Assembly (NCBI GenBank): GCA_964394435.1
Contig: CAYMXN010000001.1
Coordinates: 235,928 to 299,927 of the forward strand
Length of the DNA stretch: 64,000 nucleotides
Source of the DNA: an uncultured Candidatus Saccharibacteria bacterium
Lineage (GTDB): Bacteria; Patescibacteriota; Minisyncoccia; UBA6257; 1-14-0-10-44-23
Direction: 5' to 3'
Shown here: positions 46,765-57,224 of the stretch, piece by piece
Position numbering within the stretch: position 1 is the first letter of the stretch
Layout: every line of letters begins with the position of its first letter
Made by a program: the position numbers and the translations under genes
Notes under the pieces: generated by a model
Told to the model about the DNA's origin: nothing
The model's input: the letters and a program-made list of their open reading frames with translations, nothing else
Databases searched by the model: none

Positions 46765-49700
46765 CTATTCGTAGCTGACGTTGGCGATGGTGAACGGAAC
46801 AACCGTTGACTCGATCGAGATGTTGCTCGTCGTGCCATCGTTGAACGTGATACCCGAGGCAGCGTTGATAAGCGCTGAGAGGGAGTCAGAGGTGTTGGAA
46901 CCGTTGTAGAAGCTTGAGGAGTTCACACGAACCTTAGCAGCCTTCGTGGTGCCTGGGTCAACTGTGTATGACGGGTTAAACGTCACAGAACAGGAGTTAC
47001 CAGCACCTGGAGTGCAAGTCTGTTGAGCTGCACTGCCGAGAGCTGAGTTGGTGTTGGCGTCAAGAAGGTCAACCGTGAAAGCGGTCGAACCGTTGCTGAC
47101 AGCCTGACCAGAGAACTTGACCGTTACAGTACCAACTACAGCCTGGTAGGCCGAGTCAGCCGTAAAGTTCAAGGTTGCAAGGTCGTCAACCGCTACACGA
47201 GTACGGCCAGTGGATGAACCAAGGACCGCGCTTGAGAGCGAGAGCTTCGTGCGGTAAACCGTGACAGTGTTACCTGAAGCAGAACCAGACTTCGTAGCAG
47301 ACGTGTTCGAGTCCTTACCATACGCCGTAACGAAGTACGTCGGCTGGGAGAGACCGAATGCGTGGGTGCTGTTTGAAGTGGCACCACCAGAGCTGTACGT
47401 CGCAACATCACCCTTTACCACGAGGTTAACCGTACCGTTTTTCGGAACGATAACTGGGTTGAGGCTGAAGGTCGCCGTAGCAACTGAACTGCCAGACATC
47501 GTCATCGAGATAGGACCAGCTACCTGAGTAGAGCCGTTCCAGAGCGTTACGTTCTGGAATGAAGCGATACCAGCTGAACCGTTACCTACCGTGTCGGTGA
47601 GCGAGATGTCGGTTACGCGGATGTCCTCAACGTTGTCCGCGGTAAGGCGGATCGTTAAGAGGGCGTTGCCGGTTGAACCCATTACTACGTACTTAGAAGG
47701 CGCCGTGTCGGAGCCAGTAGCGACCGTAAGGGTTGGACCAGACGAGATTACGATACTCTGACCGTTAACTGCACCTGGGAAGGTAATCGCCGAGTTCGAG
47801 ATCGAACCCAAAGCGCTCCAACCGATGATGTCGATAACTGCAGAGTGAGTCGCAGCCGTCGAGCTGGTCAAGATGTCGGCGTAAACGTCAATCGTTACTG
47901 AACCACCCTGTGGAACAGTGACTGGGGTCGCAGCGCTGAACGCGAGCGAGGTTTCCGCATCACTGATCGTTGGGCGGGTCGTTCCGAACTGAGTCGAACC
48001 GATCATAACCTTCATGTTCTGCATGTCGAAGTTCGCGTTGCTGTCCTTGTCAAAGGTAAGCGACGAAAGGGTCGCACCCTGGGCTGAAGAAGCAGTTACG
48101 ATGAACGAAGCGACACGAGCGTTGTTGCTACCAGCGATAAACGTTGGTGAGTTAAACGCTGAGTTTACAGCAACCGTGAGCGGAGTCGTCGTAACAGCGA
48201 GCGTCGCGCCGGTTACAGAACCGGATGAAGCTGACTGGAACGAGGTCTGACCCTCAAGGTTTGTGCTGTTACCTGGCAAGCTGCCCTGGAGCGTCGTGAC
48301 GTCAGCACCCGAGAGGATGTCAACGACGAGCGAGACTACACGGACAGTGTTGGCCGGAACAATGTAGTTAATTGGGGATCCGGACGTACCGAAGTGGCAA
48401 GTAATCGAGCCGGAAGCGAGCGTACACTGACCGGAGGAAGAACCACCAGCAACAGTGTTGATCGCGTTACCAACCTGACCACCTACGTCATCGATAAGGC
48501 GGATGTTTTGGATGTCGTCCGTCGGAGCAGTAGCCCAGTTAGTACCGGAACCAACCTGCGAGATGGTCGCATCTAAGAACTTAACTTTAACTGCCTCACC
48601 AGCTGCATAAATGCGAGCGCGGAGAAGAGTTACGCCAGAGGCACCTACTGGAATTGGAGCAGTTGGGGTGTCTGAAGCGAGAGATACCGTGATCGAACCG
48701 GTGTTGATCGTAATCGTTGTCTGGTTCGTTGAGGTGATGGAGACCGTGATACCAGTGTTGTACTGGGTGTCGATCGCCGTGACCTTAAACGGCTGGAGCA
48801 ATGAGAACGTCAAAGTGCGGTTAGGGCTGCCGTTGATGTCAGCGAAAAGCTGAATCGTCGAGTTACCCGTGTTGAGCACGATACCCTCTGGGAAGTTGAA
48901 GTTGGTGTTCGTCGCGCCAGCTGCGAGAGTCGCAACCTGCGTGCCGTTAACCAAAAGCCTCAAATTCTGAACATCGCCTGGGTTAGCTGAACCGACCATG
49001 CTGAACTGCATGTTGGTGAGCTTGACCTTGCTGTTAGAAACGTTCGCAGTCCAAGATGAAACGAGGACCGAGGCCGTACCAGCATCAACTGTTGAACCTA
49101 CCGCGTTAGCAGTAAGAGTCATCGTTGAAAGTGATGGGTTGGAAACTGAAGTGACAGTCAAGGAAGCGGTGGAAACTGGAAGACCAGTAACCGTCGCACC
49201 CGTCGCCGTTACACCCTTAAGCTGCCAAGCGAGCGTGTTGCCAGCTGAAGCAGATGAAGAGAGGTCAAGGCGGAGCTCACCAGTCCAAGTCTGACCAGCT
49301 GGGATCATCAAGTTGAGACCCGAGAAGGTTGCGACTGAGTTGGTGAGTGACTGGAACTGAGCAACAACTTCACCGGTCGCCGCGTTGGCGAGGTAAAGGT
49401 TGTTGATGTTGCTGTCAGATACGACACCAACCTTGTTGAATGTAAGGCCAGTAACCGTTACTGCAGCGCCAGCTGGAGCGGTGAAAGCGAAGCGGCCAGC
49501 GTTGATCTGACCAGCTCCGGCGATTGCCGAGCCAATTGGGTTGTTACCAGCGAGGGTAACGTTAAGAGTGGAACCGGCTGGGAGTGAAACGCCCGTGCCA
49601 GTACCAGTGCCAGTGTTCACAGAGCCAGTGAAGGCTGCGCGAGACTTTGCACCGAAGTAACCAGAAGCTGGGGTGATGCCAGCAGAAGTCTGCCAGGCCA

Positions 49701-50034
49701 TAACCGCCGCCTTGGTGATGCTACCGAAGTAGCCCGTTGGGGAAACACTGAAGTGACCCTTTGACGCAAGAACCTGCTGGAGGCAAGTAACATCAGCGCC
49801 CTTTGAGCCCACGGTGAGGTCGCGGGTGAAGGAACATGCTGAGTTGCCGCCAGTCGAGTTGTTGAGCTGGGACTGCAGGTTAGCCAACGTTGCGAGCAAC
49901 GCGTTGATCTGAGTCTGGATGTCTGAAGCTGATTGCGCACCGGCAACCGCTACAAATGAACCAAAACCAGAGAGCGTAGCCGCAGTGGTTACCGTCAGGA
50001 TTACTGAGGCAACCTTGTTGCTAAATTTACTCAT
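46765..50034 (-). CDS. giant secreted surface protein (1089 aa) with peptidoglycan-binding domain and long Thr/Ser/Gly-rich beta-repeat region (S-layer-like)
   Basis: Signal peptide. PG_binding_1-like segment (GSKGADVTCLQQVLASKGHFSVSPTGYFGSITKAAVMAWQ). About 900 aa of low-complexity T/S/G/A/V-rich repeats. About 500 nt untranslated leader upstream. Confidence 0.7.
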   Translation of the reverse strand: MSKFSNKVASVILTVTTAATLSGFGSFVAVAGAQSASDIQTQINALLATLANLQSQLNNSTGGNSACSFTRDLTVGSKGADVTCLQQVLASKGHFSVSPTGYFGSITKAAVMAWQTSAGITPASGYFGAKSRAAFTGSVNTGTGTGTGVSLPAGSTLNVTLAGNNPIGSAIAGAGQINAGRFAFTAPAGAAVTVTGLTFNKVGVVSDSNINNLYLANAATGEVVAQFQSLTNSVATFSGLNLMIPAGQTWTGELRLDLSSSASAGNTLAWQLKGVTATGATVTGLPVSTASLTVTSVSNPSLSTMTLTANAVGSTVDAGTASVLVSSWTANVSNSKVKLTNMQFSMVGSANPGDVQNLRLLVNGTQVATLAAGATNTNFNFPEGIVLNTGNSTIQLFADINGSPNRTLTFSLLQPFKVTAIDTQYNTGITVSITSTNQTTITINTGSITVSLASDTPTAPIPVGASGVTLLRARIYAAGEAVKVKFLDATISQVGSGTNWATAPTDDIQNIRLIDDVGGQVGNAINTVAGGSSSGQCTLASGSITCHFGTSGSPINYIVPANTVRVVSLVVDILSGADVTTLQGSLPGNSTNLEGQTSFQSASSGSVTGATLAVTTTPLTVAVNSAFNSPTFIAGSNNARVASFIVTASSAQGATLSSLTFDKDSNANFDMQNMKVMIGSTQFGTTRPTISDAETSLAFSAATPVTVPQGGSVTIDVYADILTSSTAATHSAVIDIIGWSALGSISNSAITFPGAVNGQSIVISSGPTLTVATGSDTAPSKYVVMGSTGNALLTIRLTADNVEDIRVTDISLTDTVGNGSAGIASFQNVTLWNGSTQVAGPISMTMSGSSVATATFSLNPVIVPKNGTVNLVVKGDVATYSSGGATSNSTHAFGLSQPTYFVTAYGKDSNTSATKSGSASGNTVTVYRTKLSLSSAVLGSSTGRTRVAVDDLATLNFTADSAYQAVVGTVTVKFSGQAVSNGSTAFTVDLLDANTNSALGSAAQQTCTPGAGNSCSVTFNPSYTVDPGTTKAAKVRVNSSSFYNGSNTSDSLSALINAASGITFNDGTTSNISIESTVVPFTIANVSYE

Positions 50035-50570
50035 TGATTTGTTTTTCGTAGAAACTTAGTTAAATTCTTTGTAATTAATGTGTGGTTGTTCCGGGAAATC
50101 ACCCCCTCTTTTGGCTCCTTCGCTTACCCGCCACACGTGACGGATAAAAGGATCGACCGCTACAAAAGCTTAAGGATGACTTTAGTAACTTTGTTGAGCT
50201 CTCTTACTTTCTTTTACTCCCGATAAAAGAAAAGAGCTTCGCACAAATGCGAAGCTCTTTTCTAGATTGGAAGTAATACGCTAAACGCAACTAAAATAAA
50301 CCCGCGGCTTGGCGCACAGACCTTTTATATAGAAAGCCTACATAAAAGCACGGCCAAACCGGTTGCGTATACCGTATTACCCCCACTAGACCAAGCCTCA
50401 CACTCGGGCTAATGAACGTACTTACCTAACAGAAACAGTATATCAAATAACGGAGAAATTAGCAATACATGTGGATAAATCCGTCAAGAAGGCGAAGTTA
50501 ACCTCATACACTGCTCATAAGGTATAACGAGCAGGAATCAAATCTATTACACCCCTCCCCCTGGGCAAAA

Positions 50571-51281
50571 CTAGACCCCTCCTAGGGCGTAAAAATTGGA
50601 TGGACCGCCATTACCCTGACGCGTCAATTTGCCGGTTTCACAAAGGTACTTAAGGTCGTAACGGATAGTTCGCTCGCTCACACCCGGCAGCCCGGCAATA
50701 ATGTCTTTGAGTTGCAACTTTCGCTCTGCCGACTTCTGAATCATTGCCACGATCGCTAGCTGCCGATTAAGCGCTGACTGACTCGCCTCGCCTGTACTCA
50801 CCTGAACATCTGGCTTACTTATGATTGCCGGAATGCGCTGTTCTGATTGCCTGATTGGACTCGCCGCCTGCCTGATTGCCATTAACTCACGGGTTGGGCT
50901 TTTCTCAAGCGGCTTTGCCGAAAAGATGGATTCGATACTACCCGATGGTAAGACCATTTCCAACTTCTGAATCTCGCCCGCAAGAAGCTCAAGTTCGCGC
51001 GTGATAATCTTGGCGTTGACCGGCTCGATCTCGTAAACACTTTTGCCGAGCGAGACTAGTGAGTCGATCGCCTCAATCGTACCAAGGGTGAGCTCGGTGT
51101 TTTTATACGAAACATTCTCCAGCAAGTGGTACGCGAGCACCTCAAGACGGCGGCGGAGTTCAAATCGACGAACGTATGCGGCAAGACGAAGTACTGCGTA
51201 GGAGATTTCTCTGGATTTTTGCCTAATGAATTGATTCATACTGTTGCCGATATCATATGCCAGATAGTCTAGGCAAGTCAA
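50571..51281 (-). CDS. hypothetical protein with C-terminal DeoR-type HTH
   Basis: LKDIIAGLPGVSERTIRYDLKYLCETGKLTRQG HTH. N-terminal helical bundle. Confidence 0.45.
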   Translation of the reverse strand: MTCLDYLAYDIGNSMNQFIRQKSREISYAVLRLAAYVRRFELRRRLEVLAYHLLENVSYKNTELTLGTIEAIDSLVSLGKSVYEIEPVNAKIITRELELLAGEIQKLEMVLPSGSIESIFSAKPLEKSPTRELMAIRQAASPIRQSEQRIPAIISKPDVQVSTGEASQSALNRQLAIVAMIQKSAERKLQLKDIIAGLPGVSERTIRYDLKYLCETGKLTRQGNGGPSNFYALGGV

Positions 51282-51316
51282 ACAAAAAAACAGGCAACGA
51301 TGTTGCCTGTTTTTTG

Positions 51317-53104
51317 TTATTCGACTGTCGCCCTAATGCGCCTGATTCCAGCTCCGACCGCCTCCTCTTTGACTATCTTGAACTTGCCGATTACCGCTGT
51401 GTGGTCCACGTGCGGTCCACCGCAAAACTCCTTACTAAATGATTCCGGAATCGTGTGTCCGACGTAGTACACTTTTACTTTTGCCGGATACTTTTGCTTA
51501 AAGAAGTATAACGCCCCAGTCTTTTCCGCATCCTCCTTTGCCATCTCGACAAATCCTACCGGCAAATCTTTAGCTACAACCCCATTTACGATATCCTCCA
51601 CCTTCTTAATCTCCTCCGGAGTGAGCTTGCGCGGAAATGAGAAGTCAAAACGCATACGCTCCGCAGTAATGTCACTACCCGCCTGATGCACCTCCTGGCC
51701 GAGCACCATACGCAGCGCCTGTTGAGTTAAGTGTGTGGCGGTGTGTAATCGTGTTACCTTTTTCAGCTCTTCTTCATTAGCAGCTTTGAGCTCACCGGTG
51801 TCTAATAACAACCCGTGACCGCCAAACTTCTTTTCCGCTCCGGCGCGAGATATCTCTTGGTGCTTTTTAAACTCCTTTTCGAAATCAGCAACGCTTACTC
51901 CTTTGAGCACCTCTGGTGCCATCTCTTTCATGAGTTCAAAGTTAAGCCCGAAAGTTGAGTTGATTAAAAACGCCTCTTCCACACTCAACGTCTGGTGCTT
52001 CTTAAGCTCCTTAAGCCCATTAGCAACTACTTTTTCAAACTTTTCTTGCTCCTCTAAAAGCACTGTCATAATCTCCGGCTTAGTTATTTCCGGATAAGTA
52101 GTGCTAAATTTTTCTACTACTACTGGAACAAGTTGCTCAAACAACCCGCCATGGATGTCATATCGGACTTTGTAGGCAAGGATACGGCGAATGAGACGGC
52201 GCAAGATATATCCCGCCTCTTTGTTGGCTGGGCGGACACCGTCAGCAATCAAAAAGATACTAGCGCGCATATGATCAGCGATTACCTTCTTCTCTTTTTC
52301 AGGAAGCTGTGGCGCGAGCTGACTAATTGCCGAAAGAATGCCTGTGAATAAGTCGGTCTGGTAGATGTTTTCTACGCCCTGTAAGACGGTTGTTAAGCGC
52401 TCAAACCCCGCTCCAGTATCAATACCCGGAAATGGCAACGGCTTAAGCTCACCCTTGCCGGCGATAAGCGACTCTTTGGAAACATTTGAGTAGTACTGAT
52501 TAAATACCACGTTCCATACCTCAACCCCCTTGCCTTGTTTTGCCAGATCTTCGGTCGGTGCGACATAGATCTCGGTTGTTGGTCCGCACGGCCCCTCGTT
52601 GCCAGTTGGCCCCCAGAAGTTATCCTCCATACCAAAGCGACGAATCCGCTCTGCCGGAATACCAATCTCTTTGTGCCAGATATCATAGGACTCGGCATCA
52701 AATGGTACTGCCACATTACCCGTAAACACCGTGACGTACATCCTTGCCGGATTTATACCAAGCTCTTCGGTCAGTAAGCGATACGCGAAATGAATAGCCT
52801 CTTTTTTAAAATAGCCACCAAACGAGAAGTTGCCGAGCATCTCAAAAAACGTCAGGTGGGTGTTATCCCCAACCTCCTCAATATCTCCGGTACGGAAACA
52901 CTTCTGAATTGAAGCGGTACTCTTTGCACCAAAGTCAGTTTGCGCATCAAGCTCGCCAGTATAGTACTTTTTAAACTGCTGCATACCGGCAGTGGTTAAG
53001 AGTACTGACGGGTCAGACGGGACGAGCGATGACGAAGCAATAGTCGCGTGACCGTTACGCTTGAAAAACTCGAGGAATTTTTTGCGAATTTGTTCTGAAG
53101 TCAT
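51317..53104 (-). CDS. alaS: alanine--tRNA ligase, short form lacking C-terminal C-Ala domain
   Basis: N-terminus MTSEQIRKKFLEFFKRNGHATIASSSLVP…TTAGMQQFK. Editing-domain HTATHL and CGGPHV motifs. Ends after the editing domain at 595 aa. Confidence 0.85.
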   Translation of the reverse strand: MTSEQIRKKFLEFFKRNGHATIASSSLVPSDPSVLLTTAGMQQFKKYYTGELDAQTDFGAKSTASIQKCFRTGDIEEVGDNTHLTFFEMLGNFSFGGYFKKEAIHFAYRLLTEELGINPARMYVTVFTGNVAVPFDAESYDIWHKEIGIPAERIRRFGMEDNFWGPTGNEGPCGPTTEIYVAPTEDLAKQGKGVEVWNVVFNQYYSNVSKESLIAGKGELKPLPFPGIDTGAGFERLTTVLQGVENIYQTDLFTGILSAISQLAPQLPEKEKKVIADHMRASIFLIADGVRPANKEAGYILRRLIRRILAYKVRYDIHGGLFEQLVPVVVEKFSTTYPEITKPEIMTVLLEEQEKFEKVVANGLKELKKHQTLSVEEAFLINSTFGLNFELMKEMAPEVLKGVSVADFEKEFKKHQEISRAGAEKKFGGHGLLLDTGELKAANEEELKKVTRLHTATHLTQQALRMVLGQEVHQAGSDITAERMRFDFSFPRKLTPEEIKKVEDIVNGVVAKDLPVGFVEMAKEDAEKTGALYFFKQKYPAKVKVYYVGHTIPESFSKEFCGGPHVDHTAVIGKFKIVKEEAVGAGIRRIRATVE

Positions 53105-53201
53105 AGGTGAAATATGTATTATGTACTGTACCTTTTTTGCGGTCCGAAATCAAAGCGCCCCCGCTTTTAGGCGGGGGCGCTTGTTGACCTTATGTATTAG
53201 T

Positions 53202-54557
53202 CTAGTTTACAAGCAGTCCAGCGATAAAAGCGAGACGAATTTTGAGGTTACGGATATTTGCCCCTGCGGCCGAAAGATCTTTGCCGGCTGAAATACGCGC
53301 AGTAAGATCAGCGATTTTAGTCTTCATATCAGCGAGTAGTGCCTGAGCGGTCTCAACATTCTCGGTTAATACACCGCTCGCAGTAGCTAACTGGCCAACT
53401 AGGTCGTATTGCGTGCGGAGCTTGTCGAGCTCGGCCTCAAGGTCGAAATCGGAAAGCTGTACGCGTGCACTACTTGCGGCAGCGTAAGCGAGCTTGGCTT
53501 GCAAATAGGCGTTTTGAAAAGCCCCTTCGGATAAGAGCGCTTGCGCCTGCTCGTTGTTAAAGTTCGCACGAATAAGCATCGCTGAAAGCGCAGGAATTGA
53601 GTTCGCGCTCGTTGCGGTTGCGGTATAGATCTGAATAACACGTGCCGACGCCTTAATAGCCGCGTCAGCTGCGTCTTGGGTAAACAATCCCTTTTCTTCA
53701 GCAGACTTAATCACCTTTGAACGAACGACATTGAGCTGACTCTTAAGTTCAGAATCGACTAAGCGTTCGGCGATTTCCGCAAATGATGCGAGGCGGCCAA
53801 CCCCATCTCCAGAAAGCGAAGCGAGGTCATCCAATGTCGCACTTTTCCCAAGCGAGTGTTGAGCCTCTAAGACGCCGGCAAATTGTACGTATAAGTCATC
53901 AGCTCCGCGGCGCAACTCGATTAACGACTCGTCGTTTTTAACAATGCGCGACAGCACTTCGGCTAAGCGCAATGACTGATACTCGGTCTCACCACCAAGT
54001 GCGAGTTGCTCGGCTTTCTGACGCAACCCCTTTTCGGTTTCAAACGACTTGAGTGAAGCGGTGGCTAGGTCAACTAAGGCTTGATTAAGATTGGTCGCGG
54101 CCGTACGAATCGCCGGAGTCGCCGGATTAGTCAAAATATCATCGGCAAACTGGAGATGAACTAAGATACGCTCGGCGAATAAATCGACAAAGCCCGGCTC
54201 GATTTCCGAAGCTTTGGCGCGGTTAATGCGAGCCAGTAGTGTAGTTGCCGCTTTTTGGTACTGCGTTAAGCCACCGAGCATCAAACTCTCATTGTCAGGC
54301 GCGATACGCAATGATTTACCAACCTCGGCCGCTTTGTCATCAAGCGCACTTAACGCGGTCGTGAGCTTTGTACCCGAGAAAAAACGCTCAAATCCAACCT
54401 TAAATGCGTAAAATGGGTTGTTTGGTAAAATAGCCGGATCGCTACTGCTTAACTCGGCTAGTGAGACGGCGCCGATGATCGAAGACTGAATAGCAAAAGC
54501 CGGTACGGTCAAGGCGAGTGAGAACAAACTAATTGCGGCAACAATAAATCGTTTCAT
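53202..54557 (-). CDS. secreted Ala/Leu-rich hypothetical protein
   Basis: Signal peptide (MKRFIVAAISLFSLALTVPAFA). Helical/coiled-coil composition. Confidence 0.5.
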   Translation of the reverse strand: MKRFIVAAISLFSLALTVPAFAIQSSIIGAVSLAELSSSDPAILPNNPFYAFKVGFERFFSGTKLTTALSALDDKAAEVGKSLRIAPDNESLMLGGLTQYQKAATTLLARINRAKASEIEPGFVDLFAERILVHLQFADDILTNPATPAIRTAATNLNQALVDLATASLKSFETEKGLRQKAEQLALGGETEYQSLRLAEVLSRIVKNDESLIELRRGADDLYVQFAGVLEAQHSLGKSATLDDLASLSGDGVGRLASFAEIAERLVDSELKSQLNVVRSKVIKSAEEKGLFTQDAADAAIKASARVIQIYTATATSANSIPALSAMLIRANFNNEQAQALLSEGAFQNAYLQAKLAYAAASSARVQLSDFDLEAELDKLRTQYDLVGQLATASGVLTENVETAQALLADMKTKIADLTARISAGKDLSAAGANIRNLKIRLAFIAGLLVN

Positions 54558-54574
54558 ACGTTTGAATAGGAATA

Positions 54575-55804
54575 TTAGTACCCTTCGAGCATCGTCGACT
54601 TAAGGTGACCACGGATACGGAGCAAGGCTTTCGCCTCGATCTGACGAATACGCTCACGCGTAACACCAAACTCCTTACCTACCTCTTCAAGGGTGTGTGT
54701 AACTCCATCCTCCAACCCAAAACGCATCTGTAAAATCTTTTGCTCGCGCGGCGTTAAATCAATCAAAATTTCACGAATTTTTTCACGCAAGAGCGCCTGG
54801 CTGGCAACTTGAGCCGGCGTCAAACTCTTATCATCTTTAATAAACTCGGAAAGCGTCGAGTCATCGTCTGAATCACCAACTGGCGACTCGAGGCTGACCA
54901 CGTCCTGACTAATTTTCTGGATGTAGTGAATCTTATCGATTGGCATATCCATCTCACCGGCGATCTCTTCAACGAGTGGGTCGCGGCCAAGCTCTTGAGT
55001 TAATCGGCGCTTAACCTGCGTGTATTTACTGATTGTTTCCACCATGTGTACTGGAATACGAATCGTACGGCTCTGGTCGGCCAGTGCGCGGGTAATAGCC
55101 TGACGAATCCACCAGGTGGCGTAGGTTGAGAACTTAAAACCACGGCGATAATCAAACTTATCAACAGCGCGCGAGAGACCCATATTACCCTCCTGAATCA
55201 AGTCGAGAATCGAGAGGTTGGAGCTGCGGTTTACGTAGCGCTTAGCGATAGAAACGACTAAACGCAAGTTGGCGCTAATAAACTTTTGACGAGCAACTTC
55301 GTCGCCCTTTTCGATACGCTTAGCGAGCTCTTTCTCTTCAAATGACTTTAAAAGCGACGCCTTACCAATTTCTTTGAGATACATCTGTACCGAGTCCGGG
55401 AGGTTGTCCTCGTAATTAATCTCGGTAGCACGCTGGAGCTCTTTCTCGGTAATCTCCTCTTTGTCGCGCGGAACATCAATTAACTGACTCGTTTCAATAA
55501 CTTTAATACTCGACTCGTCGAGCTTGCGATAGATTTCGTCTAAAAAGGTCACATCTTCCTCAATGCGCGGGAAGTAGTGAAGCACCTCGGTATCAGTAAC
55601 ATAACCACGGTCCTTGCCGCGATCGATAAGATCGCCTAACTGTTGGAGGTTAATTTCTTCTCGCTTTTTAGCTTTTGCAGTCTTAGCTGATGCCGCCTTA
55701 CGGGCACTCTTTTTCAGAACAGTCTTTTTCGGCTTGGCGGACTTAGAACGTTTTGCAGCTTGAGCAGATTTTGCTTTTACCGCTTTCTTTTTTGGCATAG
55801 TCAA
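54575..55804 (-). CDS. rpoD: RNA polymerase sigma factor RpoD
   Basis: Lys/Ala-rich N-terminus. Regions 2-4 present ([10 protein letters not shown]…, [33 protein letters not shown]). Confidence 0.9.
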   Translation of the reverse strand: MTMPKKKAVKAKSAQAAKRSKSAKPKKTVLKKSARKAASAKTAKAKKREEINLQQLGDLIDRGKDRGYVTDTEVLHYFPRIEEDVTFLDEIYRKLDESSIKVIETSQLIDVPRDKEEITEKELQRATEINYEDNLPDSVQMYLKEIGKASLLKSFEEKELAKRIEKGDEVARQKFISANLRLVVSIAKRYVNRSSNLSILDLIQEGNMGLSRAVDKFDYRRGFKFSTYATWWIRQAITRALADQSRTIRIPVHMVETISKYTQVKRRLTQELGRDPLVEEIAGEMDMPIDKIHYIQKISQDVVSLESPVGDSDDDSTLSEFIKDDKSLTPAQVASQALLREKIREILIDLTPREQKILQMRFGLEDGVTHTLEEVGKEFGVTRERIRQIEAKALLRIRGHLKSTMLEGY

Positions 55805-56142
55805 ACCAGTATTAATTATAACCCAGATTTCCCTGACAAAAAAATAAGACTATCAATGTGCCAATCCCTATCACTTTTCTCGTATAATGACGCTTCAAAC
55901 GCCTTTATATTGACACAAATAGCCTACTGTTGAAGTATATGGTATTTTTGCGATTTGTCAATGTAGCCGCCTGCCTACCTAATAAGAGTAAATGACCACT
56001 AACTCAATGCTCCAGGCTATCTGAAATGCTGAGTTAGTTGCAGGAGAAGAGGTTTGAATTCTTCTCCTGCGATGCTTGAGGCGAACTCGTACGTTCGCCT
56101 CGACCTGTTGCGCGGGGTACGACCCGCTGTCTCGAGTCTCGC

Positions 56143-56976
56143 CTACGAGGCGAGACCCTTCTTCACCGCGGCGAGGACCACCTCGCCGTCGATTCCGCTG
56201 GCACCCCAGTAGGCGGGCTGTCCCGCCTTGCCGAGGCCTGCGCCACCCGACCAGCCACCCAAGTGCTCCTTCAAGCTGGCACAGAGCGCGCCGTCCCCGT
56301 AGAAGTTCACCTCCCCGTCCTTCGAGAGGATGAGGAGCTGGTCGACGGCCCCGTAGAGGCGGTCAGCGACCGCTGAGGTCTTCGAGTGGTCCATGCGGAC
56401 CACCGTCAGACGTCCGTCCACCTCCTTCGCGCCGATGGCGCGGAGGGCCTCTGTCTCGTGCGCGGGGGTCACCCCCTGCGCCGCACGGTCTAGCGCACGA
56501 ATGCGCTCGACCTCGGCGTCAGATGCCCCGAGCGCCCGCATCGCAGGGACGTACCCCGCGTCGTTGGCACCTACGAGCTCGATCCAGCGACGAGTCTGCT
56601 CGCTGGTCGGCATCTTAATCAGTGCCAAAACCTGCTGCACCGCCGGGGGACGGTGCGACTGGTCGCCGTGATGGTCGACGACCACCACCTCAGTCTGCTC
56701 CGGCCACTCCTTGGTCGGCGAGCACTCGACGAAGATGACGCATTCGATGCCGGCACACCGCGTCGACTTACGGTTGTGCTGCCAGAAGTCTGGTCCGGTC
56801 TGGACCAGGATCTCCTCGACCGTGAGGCCAAGGTCGCCTGCGGCGGCGTAGACATGCGACCCCCAGCCCTTGTTGGGCTGGACCCACTTCTCACCCGCGA
56901 GGGTGAGGAGAGAGCGAACGACCTCCATTTCGAGGTCGTTCCCGCCGAGTACGAACAAACGGTTGGCCTTACCCAT
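56143..56976 (-). CDS. GC-rich foreign-looking ORF, 277 aa; DHH-like phosphoesterase?
   Basis: GC jump with GC3 bias. Start at MGKANRLFVLGG with GGAG RBS. VVVDHHGD (DHH motif III-like) and LGGNDLEMEVVRSLL (motif I-like, substituted). C-terminal Gly-rich GGWSGGAGLGKAG where DHHA1 has GGGH. Weak assignment. Confidence 0.45.
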   Translation of the reverse strand: MGKANRLFVLGGNDLEMEVVRSLLTLAGEKWVQPNKGWGSHVYAAAGDLGLTVEEILVQTGPDFWQHNRKSTRCAGIECVIFVECSPTKEWPEQTEVVVVDHHGDQSHRPPAVQQVLALIKMPTSEQTRRWIELVGANDAGYVPAMRALGASDAEVERIRALDRAAQGVTPAHETEALRAIGAKEVDGRLTVVRMDHSKTSAVADRLYGAVDQLLILSKDGEVNFYGDGALCASLKEHLGGWSGGAGLGKAGQPAYWGASGIDGEVVLAAVKKGLAS

Positions 56977-57174
56977 CGAAATCTCCAGTTGGTCCGGAAG
57001 GACCGTGAATCCACTTCGGGCGTTTCCGCTCAGGTAGGACGACACCTCTGGATAAGCACTTTATTTTACAACCCGGCTTGGAAGGTTGTCCGCTCTGCGA
57101 GCAGCGTTTTAGGCGCAAATACGCTCAAAACACTGCTCACGAACGGTCTATTTCAATGAACGACTTAGATATTT

Positions 57175-57203
57175 AATATAGCATATTTTTATGCTTTTGT
57201 CAA
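57175..57203 (-). promoter_or_regulatory. sigma70 promoter TTGACA-N17-TGcTATATT on the minus strand driving the GC-rich ORF, followed by long structured leader
   Basis: -35 at 57198-57203 and -10 at 57175-57180. Leader contains inverted repeat GAGCAGCGTTTTAG…CTCAAAACACTGCTC. Confidence 0.5.
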
Positions 57204-57224
57204 TCTATCTCTTTTTGTTCCTTC

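Noticed and set aside
47193-49946. Multiple 60-110 aa ORFs on both strands inside the giant surface-protein gene
   Set aside because: Generated by repetitive GC-rich Thr/Gly/Ala codons. No RBS. Overlap a strongly supported long ORF.
56076-57159. Alternate ORFs inside island F (56076-56333 plus, 56393-56671 plus, 56619-57014 minus, 56653-57159 plus)
   Set aside because: GC artefact. Arg/Pro-rich translations. No RBS.
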